From positions 1 to 30,308 of the forward strand of contig NIVC01000537.1 of assembly GCA_002269645.1 (NCBI GenBank): a DNA stretch of 30,308 bases, in the 5' to 3' direction. Both the position numbers and the translations under genes were made by a program. The notes beneath the pieces are model-generated. The model did no database searches. It worked only from the letters and a program-made list of their open reading frames with translations, and was not told the origin of the DNA. Below, piece by piece: positions 22,001 to 30,308 of the stretch (the first letter of the stretch is position 1; each line of letters begins with the position of its first letter). Source of the stretch: Macrostomum lignano (taxonomy: Eukaryota).

Positions 22001-22517
22001 CTTCCGATTCCAAAAGTGAAATATCCCAAATCCCAAAAATGAAATATCCCAAATCCCAAAACTCAAAGATCCCCAATCAACCAATCAACTGAAAGATCCT
22101 AAATCCCCAAACTGAAATATCCTAATCCAAAAACTCAAAAATCCCCAATCACAAAACTGAAATATCCCCGATCCTGAAGCTCAAAGATCCCCAATCCCGA
22201 AACTCAAAGATCCCAATCTCAAAACTAAACCAAAACTGAAATATCCCCAATCCCAAGACTCAGATCCCACCCACCAATGCTTTCCCCAGAGCACCAGCAA
22301 CCCGGCAGCCGCCATGAGCACGAAGGCCATCGGCGAGCCGCCGATCTGCCTGGCGCCGTTGTGCGTCACAGCCATCAAGCGCGCCGTGGAGGCCTATCGT
22401 GAGGCCCGGGGCAAGCCGAGGCGCCATCTGACGTTCGACATGCCGCTGACGCCCGAGCGGGTGCTCATGCTGTGCGAGACCTCCGAGCAGGACCGACTCG
22501 TGGCTCGAGAAACCTGA
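7020..22517 (+). CDS. AOX: Aldehyde oxidase / xanthine dehydrogenase-family molybdo-flavoenzyme, 16 exons: 7020-7077, 7160-7329, 9307-9627, 10443-10700, 11540-11959, 12866-12976, 13056-13122, 13774-14164, 15106-15200, 15980-16259, 17073-17471, 18208-18438, 19945-20058, 20548-20969, 21600-21921, 22290-22517
   Basis: 2Fe-2S motifs MCREAGCGCCTV, QCGYCSPG and CRCTGYRPI; FAD domain GNT..G, AGNL..FPSD, FKITPRAL|NAHAYLNAAF; Moco domain QTAGEAQYVND, QAHFFME, RIGGGFGGK, EMGQGL, EVDVLTG, DIGQIEGAFVMGMG, WEYKVP, KAIGEPP. Exon lengths sum to 3887 nt; one added base gives 1296 codons. The symbol is family-level only. Donors of exons 3 and 14 are less certain. Confidence 0.93.
7510..9235. repeat. 23-bp minisatellite GAACTACT(G/C)GAATAGAAGTCCTT, AOX intron 2
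   Basis: About 70 copies; internal 647-bp block duplication. Confidence 0.97.
9755..10230. repeat. 21-bp minisatellite GATCCCAGATCCCAACCTCTT, AOX intron 3
   Basis: Directly visible. Confidence 0.95.
10805..11420. repeat. Degenerate C-rich array (AATTCCCCATTCCCATAAATTTCCTCTCCCAGA-like), AOX intron 4
   Basis: Recurrent aattccccattccc / aaatttcctctccc motifs. Confidence 0.85.
12015..12840. repeat. 15-bp minisatellite TAAAGATCCCCATTC, AOX intron 5
   Basis: Directly visible. Confidence 0.95.
13213..13755. repeat. (CACT)n tetranucleotide microsatellite, AOX intron 7
   Basis: Directly visible, with occasional CGCT/TACT/CATT variants. Confidence 0.97.
14330..15035. repeat. 45-bp minisatellite GGATAGCGGGCACTGAACACCCTGGGGTAGAGGTCTCTAGATGAG, AOX intron 8
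   Basis: About 14 nearly identical copies. Confidence 0.97.
15260..15925. repeat. 21/23-bp minisatellite CTCCTGCATCATTGTGAGAGT, AOX intron 9
   Basis: Directly visible. Confidence 0.93.
16308..17025. repeat. 22-bp minisatellite TAAGAATCGCCATTCACCACTT, AOX intron 10
   Basis: Directly visible. Confidence 0.92.
17535..18062. repeat. 26-bp minisatellite GGGATTTCAGATCCCATGAAGT(CG/TT)TT, AOX intron 11
   Basis: 26-bp spacing seen at 17950/17976/18002; internal TGGGAT..ATCCCA inverted pair. Confidence 0.92.
18492..19862. repeat. 21-bp minisatellite GATTGGGATCAGTGATTCTCA with higher-order structure, AOX intron 12
   Basis: About 65 copies; landmark variants at 273/273/252/273-bp spacing. Confidence 0.97.
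20135..20535. repeat. 21-bp minisatellite GAATGTCACTCCTGTTATACA, AOX intron 13
   Basis: Directly visible. Confidence 0.95.
20977..21495. repeat. 21-bp minisatellite GATTGTGGGATTGGGATT(C/T)TA, AOX intron 14
   Basis: Directly visible. Confidence 0.95.
21960..22265. repeat. Degenerate C/A-rich array (AAAGATCCCCAATCCCAAAACT-like), AOX intron 15
   Basis: Recurrent atcccaa / aaaactgaaatatcc motifs. Confidence 0.75.
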
Positions 22518-22529
22518 TTGATTTGATTT

Positions 22530-22785
22530 GACAACTGATCCTGACATACTGACAACTGATCCTGACATACTGACAACTGATCCTGACACTACTGACAACT
22601 GATCCTGACATACTGACAACTGATCCTGACACTACTGACAACTGATCCTGACACTTCTGACAACTGATCCTGACACTTCTGACAACTGATCCTGATATAC
22701 TGACAACTGATCCTGACATGCTGACAACTGATCCTGACATGCTGACAACTGATCCTGACACTACTGACAACTGATCCTGACAAAT
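22530..22785. repeat. 21-bp minisatellite TACTGACAACTGATCCTGACA starting just after the AOX stop codon
   Basis: About 12 copies. Confidence 0.93.
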
Positions 22786-23164
22786 CCCTATTCCTGACAT
22801 TAGTTTTCTTCATACCATTTATTCTGGTGACCGGTTTTCTCGCAACTTCGATGCTTTTCTTTAAATTAGAAATATTTACAATAGTAACTTTATAAATCAT
22901 AAATATCAACATCTAACGAGACCAATGCTAGCGTTCGAGCACGAATTATCTATCTATGAATATTTTAAAAACGTAAGAAATATTTGTTTCTTTATTATTC
23001 TGTTCTGTTACCCTAATTGTTCAAAAAATATACGTTCATAAAAGTCAATACAAGGCTTAATCTACTAAATTCAGATATTCCTTGTCTGACGCGAATTGTA
23101 CCTGAAAAAAGTCGCTGTTCGAGGGAACTGGGGACAATTTGACCAGCTAATTTTCATGCACCGT

Positions 23165-24165
23165 GTCTGCTCTGTGTCTATCCGCTGTGTCTCACCCTCT
23201 CTCACCCTCTATCCGCTGTGTCTCACCCTCTATCCGCTGTGTCTCACCCTCTCTCCGCTGTGTCTCGCCCTCTTATCTGATGCGGCTCACCCTCTATCCG
23301 CTGTGGCTCACCCTCTATCCGCTGTGTCTCACCCTCTATCCGCTGTGTCTCACCCTCTATCCGCTGTGGCTCACCCTCTATCCGCTGTGGCTCACCCTCT
23401 ATCCGCTGTGTCTCACCCTCTATCCGCTGTGGCTCACCCTCTATCCGCTGTGTCTCACCCTCTATTCACTGTGTCTCACCCTCTATCCGCTGTGTCTCAC
23501 CCTCTATTCACTGTGTCTCACCCTCTATCCGCTGTGGCTCACCCTCTATCCGCTGTGTCTCACCCTCTATCCGCTGTGTCTCACCCTCTATCCGCTGTGT
23601 CTCACCCTCTTATCTGATGTGGCTCACCCTCTATCCGCTGTGTCTCACCCTCTCTCCGCTATGTCTCACCCTCTATCCGCTGTGTCTCACCCTCTCTCCG
23701 CTGTGTCTCACCCTCTATCCGCTGTGTCTCACCCTCTCTCCGCTGTGTCTCACCCTCTATCCGCTGTGTCTCACCGTCTCTCCGCTGTGTCTCACCCTCT
23801 ATCCGTTGTGTCTCACCCTCTCTCCGCTGTGTCTCACCCTCTATCCGCTGTGTCTCACCCTCTATCAGCTGTGTCTCACCCTCTATCCGTTGTGTCTCAC
23901 CCCTCTCTCCGCTGTGTCTCACCCTATATCAGCTGTGTCTCACCCCTCTATCAGCTGTGTCTCACCCTCCTATCTGATGTGGCTCACCTTCTATCCGCTG
24001 TGTCTCACCCTCTATCCGCTGTGTCTCACCCTCTATCCGCTGTGTCTCACCCTCTATCCGCTGTGTCTCACCCTCTATCCGCTGTGTCTCACCTTCTATC
24101 CGCTGTGTCTCACCCTCTATCCGCTGTCTCACCCTCTATCCGCTGTGTCTCACCCTCTATCCGCT
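23165..24165. repeat. 21-bp minisatellite CTCACCCTCTATCCGCTGTGT
   Basis: About 47 copies. Confidence 0.96.
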
Positions 24166-24959
24166 GTCTTCCCTACAGTATTGCAAACCGCGTATTTAAC
24201 AATAAACATTAAAAAGCTTTAATTGTCAAACTTACAATCAGAGTTTTTAATTACCAAAATCTTACATGATCGCATTTTTTGAAGCTAGGAATTCGAAAAC
24301 TAGATACTATATTATTTATATTAACTTCTGCCTATTTAAATAACGGCCTAAAAGATAAAAATTTTGAGCAGAGACTTACGAGTAATTAATGACGCCAATA
24401 CAAATTGATGTAATGCGTTTTACATCGTTATTCGTTACTAATTCGTTAGTAGTCATTGTGCTGTCTTGACCGGGTGCCCTTGAATTTAGTAACGCAATGG
24501 TGCAGCTTAAGGATATCCCATTTAAATTACTATAATATATAATGTTACACTATACACCTATTATTTACGAGTATATGGGTGATTTCAATATTACTATATG
24601 CATCAAATTAAGAATTTTCGCCGATCGGGAGGCGAATCGCAAGTGTAGATGTTTTATTCTGACAATGGTAATAATACAAGCTGTACGTGCAGAAACACAC
24701 AAACCCGTACACATATTGGTGTTACAATAGGAAGCAAGCAATTGAAGTAAGGGTTGTGATGATTAAAAGTAAAGTCAAAAGCAATATTTAGCATGGGCTC
24801 AATGCTGTTGCTATATATAGAATTTTATTTACTTCATTTTTTTACAAAATTTTCTATTGTGGGTTCACTATGTAAGAGTGAAGCTGCAGAACAATAGAAA
24901 ATTGTATTTGAGTACAAATCTGAAGTTGAGAAGCAGCCTGAAATGAAGACCTCCGCGTC

Positions 24960-25930
24960 GTTGCGGTAGCCGCGAGCCACCAGGCGGAGTTCTGCAGGCG
25001 AGCACGCGGAGGATGGTCGGAATGACCATAGCAGAGAACTCCGTCCTCGACAATTAGAGCATTCCGGGCCGCTTTGAACGGTCTCTCAGCTGGGGAGCTG
25101 CTCGACCATATTTGTTGGTGACGACTCGCTTTGTGACATCCATCAGCAGCCTCTCCCTCTGGGTTTCGGCCTTGAGCTCCTGCCATGGGATTACAGCCTC
25201 TGCTGTCCGGTGGATAACGCTGTCGAGCTGCTGCTCTGCACCCTGGTTCTCGAAGCTGTCACCATTAAAGTCTAGCCGTTACAGCGCATCGTCATGCGGG
25301 ATTGACTCGCCCTTCGTGTAGACGATATGGTAGTCGAAAGTCATTAGTTTTATGGCCCACTGAAGCAGCCTGGCGTTTGCGACTTTCGGCATTTGGCGTC
25401 TCGGAGCCAAAGCTGAACTCCAGCGGGCGGTGATCGGTTCTTAGAGTAAATCAAGATCCCAGCAGGAACAAGGATAACTAAAGTAGTCTTTGAGCATGAA
25501 TTACTTGGCACGCTTCAGGACCCAGACGACTTGCGAGTGCCTCTCTTGCTATGTTTGAGTAGCGCGCCCGATCGATGGTGCTCAGTCGCCTGCTGAAATA
25601 CATTATTGGGTGACCATCTTGTGACGGAATCTGACGAGCGTCGTTTCCTTGCGCTTGTTGTACGGCTTGATGGAGAATGTCCTTGATCAGCGAGAATGTT
25701 GCTTGCGAAGCAGGACCCCCGTTGAACTCAGCTGCTCGGGCGCCCAGCTGATTGAGCGGCTCGACGATATCAAAGTAGCTCCTGATGAACCGCTCAAATA
25801 ATTTCGCGAGTCCTAGGAAAGATTCTAACTGCTTCGTGTCCTTGAGTGGTTTTACCGAGCAGATTTTCACCACCAGGTCCGGGTCCGGCGTGATTCCGGC
25901 GGCGCTAATCTTGTAGCCAAGGAACGAAAG
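24960..25930 (-). mobile_element. Decayed Ty3/gypsy LTR-retrotransposon pol fragment (RT C-terminus/connection, RNase H, start of integrase)
   Basis: Minus-strand translation: SFLGYKISAAGITPDPD..KQLESFLGLA..RFI..PLNQL..FSLIK; GHPIMYFSRRL..YSNIAREALA; LRTDHRPL..ARLLQWAIKLMTFDYHIVYTKGESIPHDDAL*RL; PFKAARNALIVEDGVL..WW. Contains frameshifts, stops and deletions. No paired LTRs identified. Confidence 0.88.
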
Positions 25931-25934
25931 GGGG

Positions 25935-26369
25935 TGTCAACTTAAGGCTCTAGAATGGAACCCAAAGAAAGGCTCCAGACCAAACCGACTGGAATCGATA
26001 ACTGGTCGGACCAGGTGACTAGAATCGCCGAGACATCCCATCCGGGTCCCTTTCCTTGGGGTCCCAGGGGATAAAGGGGGTAAAATGGGGATCTCTTGTC
26101 AACTTAAGGCTCTAGAATGGAACCCAAAGAAAGGCTCCAGACCAAACCGACTGGAATCGATAACTGGTCGGACCAGGTGACTAGAATCGCCGAGACATCC
26201 CATCCGGGTCCCTTTCCTTGGGGTCCCAGGGGATAAAGGGGGTAAAATGGGGATCTCTTGTCAACTTAAGGCTCTAGAATGGAACCTAAAGAAAGGCTCC
26301 AGACCAAACCGACTGGAATCGATAACTGGTCGGACCAGGTGACTAGAATCGCCGAGACATCCCATCCGG
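25935..26369. repeat. 162-bp tandem repeat, ~2.7 near-identical copies
   Basis: TGTCAACTTAAGGCTCTAG starts at 25935, 26097 and 26259. Confidence 0.95.
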
Positions 26370-26407
26370 TCTCTTCCTTTGGGTCGTTACGACAGTTGCT
26401 AGCTGCA

Positions 26408-26530
26408 CAGTTGGTGTTAGCTCATGGGATGTGCTTTGGTGCCGTAAAAGTAGCGTAGAGACCGCCTAGAGTTAACGGTGCGGTTGAAAACTTCTGCAAA
26501 GAGATGCTGAAGATACGATTATCCGGAACC
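26408..26530 (+). pseudogene. Possible retroelement integrase-core fragment
   Basis: Plus-strand translation ..GAVKVA*RPRVNGAVENFCKEMLK resembles the gypsy integrase (Y/H)PxSNGxVERFxxxLK motif; short and contains a stop. Confidence 0.4.
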
Positions 26531-26552
26531 TGAAGATACGATTATCCGGAAC
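26507..26552. repeat. Perfect 23-bp tandem duplication CTGAAGATACGATTATCCGGAAC x2
   Basis: 26507-26529 is identical to 26530-26552. Confidence 0.95.
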
Positions 26553-26578
26553 TCCTATGGGAAGCTCCTCCGTGCTAG

Positions 26579-27235
26579 TCAGGCAACTACCTCACGTACG
26601 AGTGTAAATTCGCTTAGGCAATGACGCTGCAGCTGCAACTCTGGCAGAATGCACTGTAGCAACTCGTTCATACAGTGTTGCTGTCTTGGTGCACTGCTGC
26701 GGATAGCTTCGACAAGTTGATCTACGCTTGCTGGTCCAGTCGCCATAGACGTCATCAGGTTGGTCATTGCAGTATTCACTGCCCCACCTCTGACCGGCTG
26801 AAAGAGCTGGACTTTGCTGCTGATGCAGTGAAGCAGTGCAACAACAATTGCGTTGCACTGCTGACCATGGTTTTGAAGATCAAAGAGTCTTGAAGACTGA
26901 GGCTTGGATCGTGAGCTGCTGCTGGCTGACTGAAACTCCTCTTGCTGGCCGCTAGACTGTTGCTCAGTAGGCTTTCGCTGCTGTGGCAAAGCATTTTCTC
27001 TGGCATAAAGAATGGCAACAAGGCCGCGTAGAAGAGCGGAATCAACAAAGCGAAGGCTAACACCAGACCTTCGATAGCTATCTTGGTGGTAAGCGTAGCA
27101 GCCCAGGAGCTTGAGCACTGCCATTACACGACTTCCAGCTTTTGCAGACGAGTAGCAGCCATGAAAAAGTTGCAATCCTGGATCTCTAAAACCAAAGCGA
27201 TTTTCCGCTGCTGTGTCACACACTCTGAGAATCAC
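26579..27235 (-). other. Unassigned 218-aa ORF, Ser/Gln-rich; possibly degenerate gag-side sequence of the retroelement
   Basis: Non-repetitive open frame upstream of the pol fragment on the same strand; no motif recognised. Confidence 0.2.
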
Positions 27236-28804
27236 GCGGTAGGATTCCGAATTGTGGCGCTAGAAAACGACAGCTAGAAAAATCCAAGACGGATGCCACC
27301 AGTAGTAATTAAAAATTACACAGAGAGCCGTTTTTTCCATTACGAATCAATGGGTAAGTAAGGTACCGAACCAACCGCTAGTGCTTTCTACAGAAATTGC
27401 AACTATTCTATCCACATTTCCATTCACAAAGAACGAAAGAAAAGATCTTTTTCATCAACCAACAACCTCTCAACAGAAACACGATCTCTATCCGATGTAT
27501 AGGCTAGGCAGGATAGCTGCGTTAGAAGAATCGAGGCAAGCAAATAAGTGTCGCAAGCCCGAGTTCCTTCCTAGACAATTTCATGCGAACGCTTACCACA
27601 CACATCGAAGAGAGGGGCACGACTATAGCTGCGAGGAAAACGCAGACAAAAGCTTGAAAACCGAGAGCGAAAAGCCGAACGTTCACCCCCCCCCCTCGCG
27701 AGAGTATGTACATCAAACCCAAATTTGAGGGGTGGGGTGTTGGGAGACGTGGCCTACGTTAGAAATCGGATTCCAACTGGACTAGATTGAAGGTGTGCCA
27801 CCTTAGCAGGTCGAAGTGCATTAATTGCTCAATATTTCGAAATTATTTTTGATTTCTTTGAGTACAGTTTTGCAACACATAAAACCCTAAAAATGTTAAA
27901 CTATTGTAAACTACTTAGATGCTACGTATTTTAGTTACATATGTCCTATGTGACTAATTAATTATAATTTACCATTCATTAATTTTTTAATCACAAAGTT
28001 CTATTAAATAGACTCAAAAAATCAAACTGAGACACATGAATTAACATCATATACTAAGGTCCAAGAAATAATACTCATAATAAATATCTTGGACATTTGG
28101 ACTTACGAAAAATAATCTTGCAATTAACAACGAAATTAGTTAAAAAAAATTTTCGCCGCTCCGATTCTGTTCACTGTAATTTGAAATGAGATTTTCCTAG
28201 AAATTCAGCATTTCAAATGTACAGTTTAACGCCCACAGGTACGTGAAACCACCGGATGCGACTTTGCAGTGAAATGCTTTGCCATTTGATACAAGTTACC
28301 CAACATTAGGTAGCCTGATCATTTAGCTAAATCCATAATTAGGCACAGCAGCTTTCAAAACTCCGAAAAAACGAATTAATCAATAAATATGTAAACTATT
28401 ATATGAGAAAAATACTGCCGTGTCTAAAACAAAAAGCGTCGAGCATTTAACTAACCTCACACAGTGCAATGAGAATTAAAAACAAAGATATTTTTATGGA
28501 AACTTTACACCATTTTTTACACTGTAAATTTTTTTACACTGTGAAAGGTTAATCAATGCTACTCACACTTTTAGGGACTTTCACTGCACATTTTGTGGGC
28601 GGTGCTGCGCGCAATAATAGTTTCGCAAATTTGTATCAAAACCGCCAAACGGCAAACATGCGCGCAGTACCCACTCAATAGAGTGTTCGTTTTTGGAAAG
28701 AATATTTAAATTGTAACTCGAGCAGACATTAGCTTTTTAAGTGCTTTGCTTATGAGAATTCAGCAGCCACTGCAACGCAAATTACGCAATTTATCGTAAA
28801 TAAT

Positions 28805-30308
28805 TGGATGGTTGTTGACTGGACGTATGGTTGTGACTGGATTGTTGCTGACTGGATGGTTGCTGACTGGATGGACGGTTGCTGACTGGATGGTTGCTGA
28901 CTGGACGTATGGTTGTGACTGGATTGTTGCTGACTGGAATGGTTGCTGACTGGACGGATGGTTGCTGACTGGATGGTTGCTGACTGGATTGTTGCTGACT
29001 GGATGGTTGCTAACTGGATGGACGGTTGCTCACTGGATGGCTGCTGACTCGATGGCTGCTGACTAGATGGCTGCTGACTGGATGGTTGCTGACTGGATGT
29101 ATGGTTGTGACTGGATTGTTGCTGACTGGATTGTTGCTGACTGGATGGACTGTTGTTGACTGGATGGTTGCTGACTGGATGGATGTTTGCTGACTGGATG
29201 GTTGCTGACTGGATGGTTGCTGACTGGATGGTCGCTGACTGGATGGTTGTTGACTGGATGGGTGCTGACTGGATGGATGGTTGCTGACTGGATGGATGTT
29301 TGCTGACTGGATGGCTGCTGACAGGATGGCTGCTGACTGGATGGTTGCTGACTGGACGGTTGCTGACTCGATGGATGGTTGCTGACTAGATGGTTGCTGC
29401 CTGGATGGTTTCCGACTGGATGGATGTTTGCTGACTGGATGGTTGCTGACTGGACGGATGGTTGTGACTGGATTGTTGCTGACTGGATGGACGGTTGCTG
29501 ACTGGATGGTTGCTGACTGGATGGTTGCTGACTGGATTGTTCCTGACTGGATTGTTGCTGACTGGACGGACGGTTGCTGACTGGATGGTTGCTGACTGGA
29601 TGTATGGTTGTGACTGGATTGTTGCTGACTGGATTGTTGCTGACTGGATGGACGGTTGCTGACTGGATGGTTGCTGACTGGATGTATGGTTGTGACTGGA
29701 TTGTTGCTGACTGGATGGATGGTTGCTGACTGGATGGACTGTTGTTGACTGGATGGTTGCTGACTGGATGGATGTTTGCTGACTGGATGGTTGCTGACTG
29801 GATGGTTGCTGACTGGATGGTTGCTGACTGGATGGTCGCTGACTGGATGGTTGTTGACTGGATGGTTGCTGACTGGATGGATGGTTGTTGACTGGATGGT
29901 TGCTGACTGGATGGATGATTGCTGACTGGATGGTTGCTGACTGGACGGTTGCTGACTGGATGGATGGTTGCTGACTGGATAGTTGCTGACTGGATGGACG
30001 GTTGCTGACTGGATTGTTGCTGACTGGATTGTTGCTGACTGGATGGACGGTTGCTGACTGGATGGTTGCTGACTGGATGTATGGTTGTGACTGGATTGTT
30101 GCTGACTGGATTGTTGCTGACTGGATTGTTGCTGACTGGATGATTGGTTGCTGACTTGATGGACTGTTGTTGACTGGATGGTTGCTGACTGGATGGATGT
30201 TTGCTGACTGGATGGTTGCTGACTGGATGGTTGCTGACTGGATGGTTGCTAACTGGATGGACGGTTGCTCACTGGATGGCTGCTGACTCGATGGCTGCTG
30301 ACTAGATG
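28805..30308. repeat. 15-bp minisatellite GGTTGCTGACTGGAT with GGAT/GGAC insertions, running off the window end
   Basis: Directly visible; a variant block recurs 1239 bp apart. Confidence 0.96.

Noticed and set aside
3627-24222. Long repetitive ORFs in the track (e.g. 18594-19868 IGISDSQ, 23163-24212, 14302-14958, 12263-12844, 3627-4295)
   Set aside because: They are translations of intronic or intergenic minisatellites whose unit lengths are multiples of 3 or lack stops. They lie between bona fide splice sites, and there is no independent coding evidence.
27350-27360. ATG G|GTAAGT (and CAG|GTACGT at 28239) as possible 5' exons of a further plus-strand gene
   Set aside because: Good donor consensus, but no coding exon can be attached within the window.
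27684-27739. Imperfect inverted repeat (CA-C10-TC ... GAGGGGTGGGGTG), a possible MITE or Helitron hairpin
   Set aside because: Low-complexity arms; no target-site duplication or terminal motif found.
28590-28680. CpG-rich patch with a GC box, an E2F-like CCGCCAAA and TGCGCGCA palindromes (promoter-like)
   Set aside because: Short motifs occur by chance and no linked transcript can be defined here.
1-30308. rRNA, tRNA or other structured ncRNA genes
   Set aside because: No recognisable sequence or cloverleaf seen by eye; a covariance-model search would be needed to exclude them.

Overview
Eukaryotic (animal) genomic DNA with GT-AG spliced genes and very dense minisatellites. The style suggests a Macrostomum-like flatworm, but that is inference only. 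Manual splice reconstruction gives three plus-strand genes: (1) the 3' part of a DEG/ENaC (ASIC-like) channel (~158-2759, 5 exons in the window, one apparent 1-nt frameshift); (2) a three-exon gene missed by the ORF track (3639-5601), encoding a 152-aa secreted, basic-site-rich, Cys-rich precursor with no family I recognise; (3) a 16-exon xanthine oxidoreductase/aldehyde oxidase-family molybdo-flavoenzyme (7020-22517, ~1295 aa if one missing base in exon 8 is restored) with an AOX-type, non-xanthine substrate pocket. Downstream is a decayed Ty3/gypsy pol fragment (minus strand) abutting a 162-bp tandem repeat, then a minisatellite running off the window. All 17 introns longer than 350 nt carry their own distinct tandem array, while all 4 introns shorter than 180 nt have none. 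About half of the arrays have 21-23-bp units. Most long ORFs in the track are artefacts of these arrays.
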